From a virus, in IMG/VR virus record IMGVR_UViG_3300027816_000069, positions 1 to 64,000 of that record: a stretch of DNA of 64,000 bases, one strand, 5' to 3'. A program made the position numbers and the translations under genes. The first letter of the stretch is position 1. Every line of letters begins with the position of its first letter. Positions 10,701 through 20,809 of the stretch are shown piece by piece. The notes beneath the pieces are model-generated. The model saw only the letters and a list, made by a program, of their open reading frames with translations, was not told the origin of the DNA and searched no databases.

Positions 10701-13700
10701 ACTTTGATTCACTTCTTCAGTAGTAAGACTACGATCTAAGTTAAGCTTATTAAATGTTGGTAAAAGAACATCGGTAAAATTACGATTAGTTATACTAAAA
10801 TCTTTAGCATTTTTAGTTATTTGTGTTAAGTTTTGATAGAACCGTGTGAGTTGTTCACCACTTTTTTGTAGATTGGTATTAAAAAATGACCATAAACTAG
10901 CCCCTATTTCTACTGCTGCTAAAGCAGTACCCAAGAATGGTATAGCCTTAGCAAAACTACCTAATACTTTAGTTGTGGCTCCAACGGCAGGACCAGCATA
11001 TCCTGCCATTTGTGATCTTCTAACAGTTCTAGCAGCATCTCTGGCTATATTAGAAAATGCTGATACCGCAGTAACAGTTGTTGCTAAGTTTGTTGTTAAA
11101 TTAGTTACTTCTTGACCCAGTATTTCAAAGTTTTCAAACATCATTATATTCTTGATGCTGGTTTGTATAGCAGTATCTAGTGACGAAAAGGTTTTTTGTA
11201 ATCGTTCAGCCGCTTCCATTCTTAATTGTTCTGAAGTAGCATTAGTTAAATCTTGCAAGTTCTTATCAAATAGTCCTAAAGCATCAGTATTCTTTAGTAG
11301 TGCCTTTTCTAGACTCTTAGCTCCTAGAGCAGATAATCCACCTCCTATAGCTCCACCAATACCCACACCTACTTGAGTATTTCTAATAGTCTTTTTACTA
11401 GCACCAACAGCTTGTCCAGCAATACCAGCACTAAGCACTAAACTACTAGCCTGTTGTGCTGCTTCACCAATAGTAGCACCAAAAGTTCCTATTGAACCAT
11501 TTAAGTTTTTAAATGATGATGCCATGCGCTCTATTTGCGGGATTAGTACACTGACCACAGCAGCAATAGCACCAGCGTTGCCACCAATGTTTTCTACTAT
11601 TCCACCACGACGATATCCAACAACACCACCCTTATTAAATCCTTGAACTTTATCAGCTTTATTTAATCTATTAAGATTACCATATCCAATTCTTTGTGCT
11701 GAGTTTTTATTAATAACAAATTCACCAGGAGTTAATAGTGCTGGCACGGTATCTTTACCGGATATTGATCCGCCACCAGCTCTTCTTGTTACTGCTGAAA
11801 CATTGGATACTCCTAATGCGTCAGCAACAGCACTTAATAAATTAATTTTAGTGCTTTCTTCTAATTTACCACTATTAATAAAGTTCTGAAAAGTGCCTTT
11901 ATTTGATAAAAATGCCCTAGGTGCTCCGACTGATGTTTTTAAATAACCAAATGTTTGATTAACGTCTGATAATTTTTGTGCTACGCCTTGACCTTGCCAC
12001 GCCGCCATCACAGAATCTAGTAATTGACCAGTTGATGATTTTCTCATAGCTCGATTTTGCGCTTTAAGAGCAGCTTTATTTTCAGCTTTAGTAAATGATC
12101 CTTTATTAATAGCTTTTAAAAATCTTTGAATCTGTCCTTTAAAATCTGATAAGTTTTTACCAGATCCGCCCACTGTTCTAGTGGCATCTGTGGGTATATT
12201 TGATGGTATATTAAATTTTTCACCAAGTGATCCAATACCAAAAGGAAAATCTATAGATTTAATACTTTCTGCTTTGTCTATATATGGAGCACCCAATAGT
12301 CCTAATGATGCTTCAAAAATACTTCCTATTGCACTTGCTAATGTTGACCCTTGTAGTACTTGTTTTTGTGTTGCTTGATTGACTATGGGCACATTTAATT
12401 GTTTTCCTATAGTATTAGCAGTATTCATAATACTGTTCTGTAATGATGTATTAATATTTTTTTCTATATTTTTACTAAATGTTTTACTCGTAACATCACT
12501 TAATGTTCCTATAAACACATCAAACGCTTTATTTCCGATAGGAAAACTTTCTTTTCTTGTTCCTTTTTGATTGCCAGACTTTAATGATACTAACCCAAAT
12601 TGATATCGTTTTTTATCTCCACTAGAATTAAGCATATTTTGTAATATCTTTTCTTCTGTGGTTAATGGTGTAACGATTCCAGCCCCAGCATACTTTCTAA
12701 TCATACCACCATTAGCAAATCTTTTTGCTGCCATACCACTAACTAATTTATCAATATTAATTGGCGAGTAATCAAAATCATCATAAGAATCTAATGCTTT
12801 ATTAACTGCTTGACGCAATCTTGTATTATGGAAAGTTTTAGCTAATGACCCTCCTCCTCTAACTGTTTTATAGTCAGCAAGTATAGGTTCTTGTAAACTA
12901 GACAATAAATAATTATCTATTGCTGAACCTCCACGAATCGCAGTCCAATTTTGATCTCTTGCAGCTACCTCATCAGTCTGTTTACTCATTTGTGCTGCTA
13001 GTGCCGATGCTCTAGTGCCAATAGAACTATTCTTAGTAAGTTGTTTGGCCGGAGTTCCAAATGGAGCAATTTTTTCTCTCCAAAATCCACGTTTACCCAT
13101 ATGAGTTACTAAATCAGATTCTAATTCTGGTATAATTCTTGATGATGGCACTTCTATAAATTCACTACCAATTGCCATACCAGATCCACCAGTAGTAAAT
13201 ATATTATAGGCTTGCTTTTTAGCATAAGAGATTAGTTGTGACGTTGTGAGCTGAGCCAATTCTGTATCGTCCAATTCTTTAAATTTGCTTCTGGCTCCTC
13301 TGGCTCCTGTTTTACCCCTTCCCTTGGGCATTCTTACGCCACCGGGCGAACCGCCCTCATACTTTTGAACATATCCACCCATGTTCATTTGAGCTAAATT
13401 ACTAGCGCCAATAGTTTCAACAGCTTTTTTACGAATAACAAATTCACCAGGAGTAAGCATTGCAGGATAAGTATCTCTATTGCCAGTGCCTGGAACTAAA
13501 CCTCCACTAGCAAATCGTCCAGCCGGTCTATTTATTAGTAAACTATTATTATTAACAATATTTTGATTAAGAGCTAAAACAGATTGATTAAGAATATTTA
13601 AGGTTTGTGCAAGAGAGGTGAGGGCATTGGTGTTGGCTGATAAAACTGCTCCAGTGACGCCTCCGCTGGGACCGCTACCACCAGTTGGCGACGGAGTTGC

Positions 13701-15257
13701 TGTTCCACCACCCGTATTTCCACCGCCGCCACGACCAAAGGCTTTACCAAAACCACTAACATATTCTGTTACTGCTCCACCAACCTTAATAGCTGCAAAT
13801 GTAGCTAGCAATGGTAGCAATGGCTTAAGGGCTCTAGCCAAATTGATAAATGTATCTGCTAATAATAGAGATACTGTTACGAAAGATTTAAATGTTGCGC
13901 TTTCTCCCAACTCTCTAACTAGCGCTAGAAAAGATTCTCTGGTTTTAGTAAACTGAACAGCTAATGATTGTTGCGCCGTTAGAGCATCTTTAGCCGTTGA
14001 TCCCACTCCTTTCTGTGCAACTATCAATGCTTTTTCTGCGGTGCCAAACTGCTGAATAAGAGGAATAACTTTACCAATTTGTCTGAAACCACCAAGTTCT
14101 TCAGATATAGTAGCAAATTGTGCTGATCGTGGATCAATACGGCTGAGCCCTTCGCTTAATCTTCTGGCCGCTTCATATACTCCAACGAATTTTTTCTCAG
14201 AGTCTTGTAATTCAATACCAAATTCTCTAAGCTGCTCTATAGTTTGTGTTCTTTGAATACGTGTAAAAATAGTTCTTAAGCCAGTAGCAATAGTTTCTGC
14301 GCTTTCACGAGTAGTTGCTCTTACACTAGTAAAAATAGCAATAAACTCATTTAGAGCATCGGTACCTTCGCTAACTCCACGACTAGCAGCAGAGAAAACA
14401 CCACCAGTTCTTTGAATAGCAGTAATAATATCACCAGCTTCAACAGCAAATGCGGCAGCCACAGCGTTGATACTACCTAGTGCGCCATCTAATTCTTTAG
14501 CCTGCAATCCAAACTGTCGTATAGCGGCAATAGCGCCTTCTGTTGTATCTGTTAAACTATCAAATGATGGTGCTAGAGCGGACTTTGCTAATGCTTCTAG
14601 AGCTATCTTAGTATCTTCTGCTGATAAGCCAGCTTGTGCTAGTGTGGTTGCTACAGTTAATAGATCACTAGATGCCACGCCCAATGATGTGGATAGTCTT
14701 GTAATTTCTTTACTAACCGCACCTAATTGTCCAACTGATTGTCCTGTAACTTGTGATAGTCTTACTATTTCTTTATTAAAACTTAAAAATTCTTTAAATG
14801 CTCCACTAAAAGCATTCGTTAATCCAAATACTATGGATGTTACTGTACTAAACGCAGCAAAACGCTTAATTGCTAATCCAGACTGTTTACCAAATTCCTC
14901 AATTTGGGTGCTAGTATCTGCCAAAGCTTTACCCGCACTAGACGCTGCTTTGGAGGTTTTTGCTAGTGTCGCAGCATTACTGACAGACGAAGTATTTAAA
15001 CTACTAAGAGCTGACCCCAAATTAGCCACAGTTTGACCTAGTGTGGCAACACTACTATTAGCTTTGGTTGCTGCTCGTGATAGGCTATTAAGTCGTGTCG
15101 TAATAGATGTTATATTTTTACCAGCAGTATTGCCCACATCTAAATTTAACTTAAATTTATTGCTACTTAGATCTCTTTGTATTTTAGAGACTATGGGCTT
15201 AATATTACTTGGGCCTTGTAGATTGATTTGTGCAGTTAAGTTAAAAGCTGTTGCCAT
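7734..15257 (-). CDS. tail tape measure protein (~2507 aa)
   Basis: Very long Ala/Leu-rich helical ORF with TP901-like core near the N-terminus and two LTPGEFV motifs. Start moved to ATG 15257 (MATAFNL) behind GGAGG. Confidence 0.9.
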   Translation of the reverse strand: MATAFNLTAQINLQGPSNIKPIVSKIQRDLSSNKFKLNLDVGNTAGKNITSITTRLNSLSRAATKANSSVATLGQTVANLGSALSSLNTSSVSNAATLAKTSKAASSAGKALADTSTQIEEFGKQSGLAIKRFAAFSTVTSIVFGLTNAFSGAFKEFLSFNKEIVRLSQVTGQSVGQLGAVSKEITRLSTSLGVASSDLLTVATTLAQAGLSAEDTKIALEALAKSALAPSFDSLTDTTEGAIAAIRQFGLQAKELDGALGSINAVAAAFAVEAGDIITAIQRTGGVFSAASRGVSEGTDALNEFIAIFTSVRATTRESAETIATGLRTIFTRIQRTQTIEQLREFGIELQDSEKKFVGVYEAARRLSEGLSRIDPRSAQFATISEELGGFRQIGKVIPLIQQFGTAEKALIVAQKGVGSTAKDALTAQQSLAVQFTKTRESFLALVRELGESATFKSFVTVSLLLADTFINLARALKPLLPLLATFAAIKVGGAVTEYVSGFGKAFGRGGGGNTGGGTATPSPTGGSGPSGGVTGAVLSANTNALTSLAQTLNILNQSVLALNQNIVNNNSLLINRPAGRFASGGLVPGTGNRDTYPAMLTPGEFVIRKKAVETIGASNLAQMNMGGYVQKYEGGSPGGVRMPKGRGKTGARGARSKFKELDDTELAQLTTSQLISYAKKQAYNIFTTGGSGMAIGSEFIEVPSSRIIPELESDLVTHMGKRGFWREKIAPFGTPAKQLTKNSSIGTRASALAAQMSKQTDEVAARDQNWTAIRGGSAIDNYLLSSLQEPILADYKTVRGGGSLAKTFHNTRLRQAVNKALDSYDDFDYSPINIDKLVSGMAAKRFANGGMIRKYAGAGIVTPLTTEEKILQNMLNSSGDKKRYQFGLVSLKSGNQKGTRKESFPIGNKAFDVFIGTLSDVTSKTFSKNIEKNINTSLQNSIMNTANTIGKQLNVPIVNQATQKQVLQGSTLASAIGSIFEASLGLLGAPYIDKAESIKSIDFPFGIGSLGEKFNIPSNIPTDATRTVGGSGKNLSDFKGQIQRFLKAINKGSFTKAENKAALKAQNRAMRKSSTGQLLDSVMAAWQGQGVAQKLSDVNQTFGYLKTSVGAPRAFLSNKGTFQNFINSGKLEESTKINLLSAVADALGVSNVSAVTRRAGGGSISGKDTVPALLTPGEFVINKNSAQRIGYGNLNRLNKADKVQGFNKGGVVGYRRGGIVENIGGNAGAIAAVVSVLIPQIERMASSFKNLNGSIGTFGATIGEAAQQASSLVLSAGIAGQAVGASKKTIRNTQVGVGIGGAIGGGLSALGAKSLEKALLKNTDALGLFDKNLQDLTNATSEQLRMEAAERLQKTFSSLDTAIQTSIKNIMMFENFEILGQEVTNLTTNLATTVTAVSAFSNIARDAARTVRRSQMAGYAGPAVGATTKVLGSFAKAIPFLGTALAAVEIGASLWSFFNTNLQKSGEQLTRFYQNLTQITKNAKDFSITNRNFTDVLLPTFNKLNLDRSLTTEEVNQSLGSTKNIMGGVNELNLEFRKLLQERLGAQALGIGVEETSAQARAKLSPESQKVFDATVEAARREFIKAQFIQMKMGQGSDRESAEKAFAKATDAEIFATIEYVGVKNKEIFIAKQALVINSQLKSSFVTLDNVLIRFATNLNRSAQTAINSFDDLDRKIALLTGEPQPVGGEFLRRQIDVLDNLKGASAIDIQNITQTVGGLLNIAPNTKSAEQLQEMQAQIESGRLIQQELPLILRDIRDNPSLRTTTGGLDQIIKDRFKGPLTKAIGGPNAEELSAQIIGQITQQLSSLTDNPDKNIAEILDQLTSEGSAFSTMLKSSEKAQEAFKTVIEASAKVQDKLAEQTKKYIELNQRLIESQTNRLQNEAQEAIELKRAMGLNVTLGELNDVFDLSIRRLTDFSDLPQPKIDTQLLPQNLRDSLTRPLLSGTSDVATIRAELQARQNNVTELEKASKNTALDQANKTKLNIALTNEITIVKRLNEALAKIASSSDKTKNALDKIAEAQNQFRNRRQILADLIVKSSTPEGALELQNILESIEAATRGSFRNISERNLFLQQVVPTLESFEIDPQLFNKLFRTGITDGLESILDPQSLNEINAFLEAGMRGISTQELMVEKYIPSILQGTAKSLLGALFPDKNPRSALANAQAQRAAAGQDIEQRLAQSMDVTTTESINILDKFNQELGRLLPDIIAKLTSLTNLNQKIAQPTSRLSTTGQLDYTKFLDRILGPFQESGMFASAGRYGPLGKALGQEKVSSISKNLGASRDLLEQKRILEQTASDITKLGSIVGGGRGSDPKGQALTAIKAAIKQIDSILEQRKEAIVPDFLPKKRFSATPSFKIPSWLLPQNLAPQPNNNPTQTAPPSQPAPPLNTSSQLDTRAFETGVATFSTSAKLLSEPMNNLSTNLISFSNTANTLSSSLDRFMNEFNKELQASINHTYNGSVGITFNDTLSVSTPDTTNKDNKMILAIVDKLKPYIKEEMNKIKLA

Positions 15258-15344
15258 TATATACCTCCAAATACACAACTATCCACAGCAGTCACTAGGA
15301 CAGGTGTGGATAATTGCAATTGATAAAATAATTGTAAGAGAAAT

Positions 15345-16193
15345 TTATGATGCTTCTGCTGAAGATTCCTGTGTTGATTGTGTAGTCTCAGCATTATTAG
15401 TTTCCACTATAGGATTACCATTATCATCTAAAAATGGTTGAAAATCAACTATGTACTCACCACTATCATCAACCAAATTTCCATCCTTATCAACGAATTT
15501 TCCTTCTTCGTTAATATATCTCCCAAATTTATCAACTAATCTACCATCAGCGTCAACTAATCTACCCTTATCGTCTATGAGTTCCAAATTATCATTTACC
15601 AATTTATATTTGAGTAAAAATTTATTTTCTGGTAATTTTTTCTCATAGTCACTATCTAAACCATACATTAAAGAGGCTAATTTTTGAGCACCCAATAAAG
15701 CAACGGGGTCTGTTGACCTATTGAGGTAGTCGTCATAACTCTTAAAATATGGCTTCTTAGTATCATTATACACCACACATACCGAAACTAGATAATTAAA
15801 TCGGGCATTATCAGCTTGACCTTCGGCCGTATGAGTATCCAGATTAGTTTTAACAGAGATTAGTTCTCTTAGTTCATCTCTTAGGGTTTTAATCTCAAGG
15901 GCCATACCTTTGGCCTGTTTTAACGATATGCCACCCTTTGATAGCGCCTTATCCTTATCTGCTATTTGTTTTTGAATAGTAACAAATTGCACTTCTTTTT
16001 TCTCGTCCCATAGTCCTTGTTCTTTTAGTAAATCGTCTAGTCTGGCTCGGACTATAGAACCAGATTTTACAGCATCTGAAAAAGCCTGATTATAAATCTT
16101 TTGGGCCTCTCTTTGATCATGTAGATTAGTAGCTTTGATTTCAAACTCTTTATCATTACCATCTATATTTACAGTAAAAATAGTACTAAACAT
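15345..16193 (-). CDS. putative tail assembly chaperone with DxxGxLV repeats
   Basis: 282 aa, between tail tube and tape measure. Confidence 0.5.
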   Translation of the reverse strand: MFSTIFTVNIDGNDKEFEIKATNLHDQREAQKIYNQAFSDAVKSGSIVRARLDDLLKEQGLWDEKKEVQFVTIQKQIADKDKALSKGGISLKQAKGMALEIKTLRDELRELISVKTNLDTHTAEGQADNARFNYLVSVCVVYNDTKKPYFKSYDDYLNRSTDPVALLGAQKLASLMYGLDSDYEKKLPENKFLLKYKLVNDNLELIDDKGRLVDADGRLVDKFGRYINEEGKFVDKDGNLVDDSGEYIVDFQPFLDDNGNPIVETNNAETTQSTQESSAEAS

Positions 16194-16194
16194 C

Positions 16195-16494
16195 TTATTT
16201 CTCCTTATTCTTTGGTTTGATTACAAAATTATAACTATAATTATATTTATTTTGATTATTTACATATGATCGTAATTCATTAACAGCAGATCTAATCTGA
16301 TGATTACCATGGTTTAATAATTCATATCTTAAATCCTCCCATTTATCCCTAAATAAATTTTCTTGTTTGGTTGATGGTTCATCACCATGCTTCCATAAAT
16401 ATCCAAAAGACTCCTCAAATCTTGCAATAGATCCTATCATTAGTGTTCTCATTCTTTTTTCTATATCATTAATTAATTTATTATCTATATTCAT
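16195..16494 (-). CDS. hypothetical protein
   Basis: 99-aa ORF tightly packed in operon. Confidence 0.65.
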   Translation of the reverse strand: MNIDNKLINDIEKRMRTLMIGSIARFEESFGYLWKHGDEPSTKQENLFRDKWEDLRYELLNHGNHQIRSAVNELRSYVNNQNKYNYSYNFVIKPKNKEK

Positions 16495-16495
16495 A

Positions 16496-17524
16496 TTATC
16501 TCCTACTGTTTAGTTGATTTCTAAGTTCTCTTTGTACATGAGGTATTTCATATTCCTGAAGGGTGCCTTTTTGATCTAATAGTTTATTAGCGACTTTTAG
16601 GTCTCGTCGAGTTTGAGGATCATTTAATGCAAAAATTTCTTTCTGTGCTTGTTTATTAGATTCTAAAATAAATACCTCTTGACCTGCTTTATCCTTAAGA
16701 TTATATTTTTCTGTAATGTGTTGTGTTTTCTTTTCTTTAGTTATTTTTTCGTGCTGATGCAACATCCAACCATCTAATGCATCATCATCTTCAATAATAT
16801 CATTATCAGGAGCTTCCATATGTTCTCTAATTGCGTCTAGCGTTCTAGTAAAATTTACTAGTGATCTTTGCTCATCTGTCCAATTAATTACCGGTCCACT
16901 AAATACATTATCTTTATTAGATGTCCAATAGCTTCTCCAAATTTCACTACGAGCTAATTTTTTAAGTTCGTATTGTCCTATGGTATTCTTGTATATTTCT
17001 GGAATAATTTTCCCTAAAAGATCAAAGTCCAAATCTTCTATATTAGAGCTAAAAATCCTAGTACCATTCCTATACACCATGGTTGAACACAGATATTGAT
17101 TTTTAATATTTTGTGCATATGCTTCTAAAGTCAGATAATCAAAATAGTGTTTTTTAGATTGTAATTCTATAATATTCTGATTAATACTACTAATGGCTTT
17201 TTTTAGTTCAGCTTTAATATCGTGAGTAAAAAAATTTAAATAATACTGTATTTTAGTATTATCTAAAGACTTTTGGATATCCTCTAGTTTACTTTCTTGT
17301 TCACTATTCCATAAATTATTAACAGATAATAATTTTTCAATAGTTTTAGATGATAACCATAAATTATCATACTTATCATTATTAATAATATCTATATAAA
17401 TAGTATGAGCCAGATACTTACTAGAAATATCTGGCGCTACTATTTTATAATCTATATTATCTACTTTTATATAGTAATATCCATTGCATATCCTATAAAG
17501 GATATATTCATTATCAAAGTCCAC
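16496..17524 (-). CDS. hypothetical protein (possible tail chaperone)
   Basis: 342-aa ORF in tail operon. Confidence 0.6.
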   Translation of the reverse strand: MDFDNEYILYRICNGYYYIKVDNIDYKIVAPDISSKYLAHTIYIDIINNDKYDNLWLSSKTIEKLLSVNNLWNSEQESKLEDIQKSLDNTKIQYYLNFFTHDIKAELKKAISSINQNIIELQSKKHYFDYLTLEAYAQNIKNQYLCSTMVYRNGTRIFSSNIEDLDFDLLGKIIPEIYKNTIGQYELKKLARSEIWRSYWTSNKDNVFSGPVINWTDEQRSLVNFTRTLDAIREHMEAPDNDIIEDDDALDGWMLHQHEKITKEKKTQHITEKYNLKDKAGQEVFILESNKQAQKEIFALNDPQTRRDLKVANKLLDQKGTLQEYEIPHVQRELRNQLNSRR

Positions 17525-17544
17525 ATTAGTCCTATTTTAATTGC

Positions 17545-18528
17545 TTACTGAATATTATTATCTCCATTTTCATCATAAATACACAATGTGTTATAGCCAA
17601 TATAGGTGAATGTTTCAGTAACATTTCCACCACCAGTATCTCCACCACTATAACTAATGCTTTGTAGAGCATTTCCACTACCAAGATTAAATGCATATAT
17701 TATATTACCAGAAACATCGCAAATTGGAATATAGATATTCTGTTTCTGATATCCACGACCACTACAATTTGTAGTAATTTCATCAAATAGAGCATTGCCA
17801 CCATCAGCAACGTCTTCAGCAATTACATCAAAAGTTGTGGTAATTTCAATAGGAAAGTTTACAAAGCGATGAAATGGCGAAAACTGTCCAAGAGCAAACA
17901 TTTTTTCTCTATTAAAACTAGTGCTAATAGTTACATTACTCAATTTGCGATTCTGAACTTCTACTGGTAGCTTTAAAGTATTACCTAGATTAAAGTTTTG
18001 TCTACGAAGAACGCCACCAATACCACCCAACAAGACTTGTGGATTTGCACTTGCTGGTCCATCAGTAGCGGATGTATGAGCCTTATGACTTCCAACAAAT
18101 GTAACTTCTTCAGTAAAATTACCCTCAACAGGGAAAGTATATGTTAAAGAATCTACGAAACATCCTGTCATATTAATGTATGAAGTAGCAAAAGCGTCAT
18201 CTACCACAGAGTCTTCTTCTCTACCAACAGTAAGACTAACACTGGATTTATCATTAGCATGAACAACAATACATCCATCAGTAGCTGGTGGAGCAACGTG
18301 ATTCGCTAAACTAAGCGTCCAAATAAGCTTATGTCCGTCTAGTGCCTTATTAATGGTAACTTGAACTTCAGGATCTGTTTGAATATTATCATAAACCTCT
18401 AGACGACCTAGCTGGAAAACCTGTTCCAGATTAAAATTAGTATCTACTGATACGCTTTGGGCGCCCTGAACTACGCCACTATTAACGGCAACGGCGTGAC
18501 TAGCATAAAAAATTCTTTTATTTGCCAT
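17545..18528 (-). CDS. major tail (tube) protein
   Basis: 327 aa, beta-rich (VQGAQSVSVDTNFNLEQVFQLG), GGAG RBS, own upstream late motif, position after neck genes. Confidence 0.7.
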   Translation of the reverse strand: MANKRIFYASHAVAVNSGVVQGAQSVSVDTNFNLEQVFQLGRLEVYDNIQTDPEVQVTINKALDGHKLIWTLSLANHVAPPATDGCIVVHANDKSSVSLTVGREEDSVVDDAFATSYINMTGCFVDSLTYTFPVEGNFTEEVTFVGSHKAHTSATDGPASANPQVLLGGIGGVLRRQNFNLGNTLKLPVEVQNRKLSNVTISTSFNREKMFALGQFSPFHRFVNFPIEITTTFDVIAEDVADGGNALFDEITTNCSGRGYQKQNIYIPICDVSGNIIYAFNLGSGNALQSISYSGGDTGGGNVTETFTYIGYNTLCIYDENGDNNIQ

Positions 18529-18571
18529 GGGAACTCTCCATTAATAAAAATAAGATTGTACTGTAATCAAA

Positions 18572-18579
18572 TATACACC
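18572..18579 (-). promoter_or_regulatory. putative late promoter motif GGTGTATA
   Basis: Upstream of tail tube gene; same 8-mer before four other late units. Confidence 0.6.
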
Positions 18580-18580
18580 A

Positions 18581-19621
18581 CTAATTATTAATTTGTGAAA
18601 TTATCTCAACTGTGAGTTTCACATTAGCCTCTGATAAAAATGGACTAAAAGATTCTACGCCAGAAGCAAAAATATCGGTCAATCTACTATTTAACCAATA
18701 ATAATTACTATTAGTTAAAAGTTCACTATAATTTAAACGATCATTATTAAGTGTTCCATCAATATTAAATGGCTGAACATTATCTCTAATAACAAGATTA
18801 GTATCATACATACGTATAAATTTATCTTGTTGTAGTCTTAGTATATCAATAATAGTATTTCTACTAGACATATTTTCGGCCACAATATGTAACATAACTT
18901 CTTGTTTCATAATTAAAGATTTATCACCTAATTGAAAAGGCTTAGACAATCCGCGAGCAATAGACTCAATAATAATAGCTGGTAATTGAATTCTATTATT
19001 ACTAAATATACTAAAATCGCCCTTGCTAATTTGATTAAAGTGAGCCGCGTTTTCATCAGTTTTATACTGTAATTGCTGCCACCATCTCGCACTATCATAG
19101 TTATATACTTGTATCCATCTATAAGAATATTCCATCTCTATATTTAAGCTAGTGGATACTGGACTATTGAATATAATTCTACTATTAATATAGTCTACTT
19201 TATAAGCATAAGATCCCGAAGTATTTAATGGATAAAAAATATTATTAATATAAATACCAGTAATTAATGTTGGTGATGATGTTTGGTGATACTCTGGAGG
19301 ACACGGACTAGAATTAGGTATTTCCTGTCCCACAGGAGGAACACACTTACTAAATGTTATATCCTGTTCCCATATCCAATCTTTTCTCATAGTTTGCCAT
19401 ACTTGACCATTCTGATAATTAGGATCAGTGGTAGGCTTTAATTTGGCTAGTGGATTACCATAAATATTATTCTGTGATCTTTCTACATTAATAAAACCAC
19501 CAATATTCAAAAATCCCCAATCTAAAAAGGACTTAATATTATTCTCTATCTGAGCTAACATTAGCTTTTCACCAATGCTGCTTACTCCACTAAATTTTTC
19601 ATTGTTATATTGAAATGACAT
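18581..19621 (-). CDS. putative tail terminator/neck protein
   Basis: 346 aa, position before tail tube. Confidence 0.5.
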   Translation of the reverse strand: MSFQYNNEKFSGVSSIGEKLMLAQIENNIKSFLDWGFLNIGGFINVERSQNNIYGNPLAKLKPTTDPNYQNGQVWQTMRKDWIWEQDITFSKCVPPVGQEIPNSSPCPPEYHQTSSPTLITGIYINNIFYPLNTSGSYAYKVDYINSRIIFNSPVSTSLNIEMEYSYRWIQVYNYDSARWWQQLQYKTDENAAHFNQISKGDFSIFSNNRIQLPAIIIESIARGLSKPFQLGDKSLIMKQEVMLHIVAENMSSRNTIIDILRLQQDKFIRMYDTNLVIRDNVQPFNIDGTLNNDRLNYSELLTNSNYYWLNSRLTDIFASGVESFSPFLSEANVKLTVEIISQINN

Positions 19622-19624
19622 TGA

Positions 19625-20287
19625 TTAATCCTTAAATGCCTTTAGTAGTATATTTTGAATCTCGCCTTCTATACTATCTATAGAACGAGTAATCCAATTA
19701 TTATTAATAGTGCCAGAATATTCAGCAGGAACAGACCACTTACCTGATATTACACCTTTCATGACTGCCATGCCTGTGCGAGATCGTGGATTTGGTCCTA
19801 ATTCTACATTATAGTCTTTAATAATGGTTTGATTACCAAACAGCAATAGCCATTCCAACCAATTAAGATCGGTGCCTTTCTCTGTGGTAAGTATTGCTAC
19901 TGAGCTATTAATTATATCACTAAAATCTCGCTTAATCATATTAATAACAAAGCCACCCTTTAATACCGATCTACCAACAGTAATGGTCTTGTATTCCACG
20001 TTAATATTTTGCCAAAAACCCATAATACTGTTTAGTCTAGTGTCGCTATCCGGTAAACCAAATTCAGCCTTTAACTGTCCTGAGAGTAATGATTGATATT
20101 CTGGTGCAGCCTTAATAGCATCTATAACAACAGCTTGAATCTTTGGTGATACTGCCTTCAGTGTTTTTTTAAAGTACTTATCAACCTGCGGAACCAATGC
20201 TTGTAATATATTATTAATTATTTGAGCCTGAGTATCTACCAAATCTAATGAAGCTGGTATGTATACCATTATTGTACATTCTGCCAA
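19625..20287 (-). CDS. putative neck/tail completion protein
   Basis: 220 aa in head-tail joining block. Confidence 0.5.
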   Translation of the reverse strand: MAECTIMVYIPASLDLVDTQAQIINNILQALVPQVDKYFKKTLKAVSPKIQAVVIDAIKAAPEYQSLLSGQLKAEFGLPDSDTRLNSIMGFWQNINVEYKTITVGRSVLKGGFVINMIKRDFSDIINSSVAILTTEKGTDLNWLEWLLLFGNQTIIKDYNVELGPNPRSRTGMAVMKGVISGKWSVPAEYSGTINNNWITRSIDSIEGEIQNILLKAFKD

Positions 20288-20799
20288 GTAGTTATAACAA
20301 ATGAATTATCACCAAAACCCACAGGAATAGGATCTCTATATCGTATAAATTTAGTGTTAGTGATATCAACAATATTAGTATCCACAATAATATATGATGC
20401 ATTTTTAAGTTTAGGATATAAACTAATAGAACACAATGACTGTATCATGCCATCAACAAAATTAACATTATTTAATTCTAATTGATCCATACCAAAAAAT
20501 ACTGGTTTAATAATACCCAAGTAAACTGTTTCATCAGCAGAAAAGCTCAAACTACCAGCCCCAGTACAATATGGACAAATCTGACCATTGACAAATGGTA
20601 ATGGTCCACCGGTTTGATAAATATTACTGGATCTTTGACTAATAGGATCATAAACACAGTTTGGACAATCACTCAATTTAGTATTCTCAAAATATAATTT
20701 ACATGGTACAGTTAAAGCTGTATTTTCCAATAGTGCCGATATAGCATCTTTAAAAGTTTGTTTAAACTGTGATGTGATAATACCAGCAAAAGGATTCAT
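20269..20799 (-). CDS. putative head closure protein with CxxC pairs
   Basis: 176 aa, CPNC and CPYC motifs, neck position. Confidence 0.5.
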   Translation of the reverse strand: MNPFAGIITSQFKQTFKDAISALLENTALTVPCKLYFENTKLSDCPNCVYDPISQRSSNIYQTGGPLPFVNGQICPYCTGAGSLSFSADETVYLGIIKPVFFGMDQLELNNVNFVDGMIQSLCSISLYPKLKNASYIIVDTNIVDITNTKFIRYRDPIPVGFGDNSFVITTWQNVQ

Positions 20800-20809
20800 A
20801 TGTTACCTA

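Noticed and set aside
7540-15648. Plus-strand ORFs opposite the tape measure and chaperone genes
   Set aside because: Antisense shadows of long minus-strand genes.
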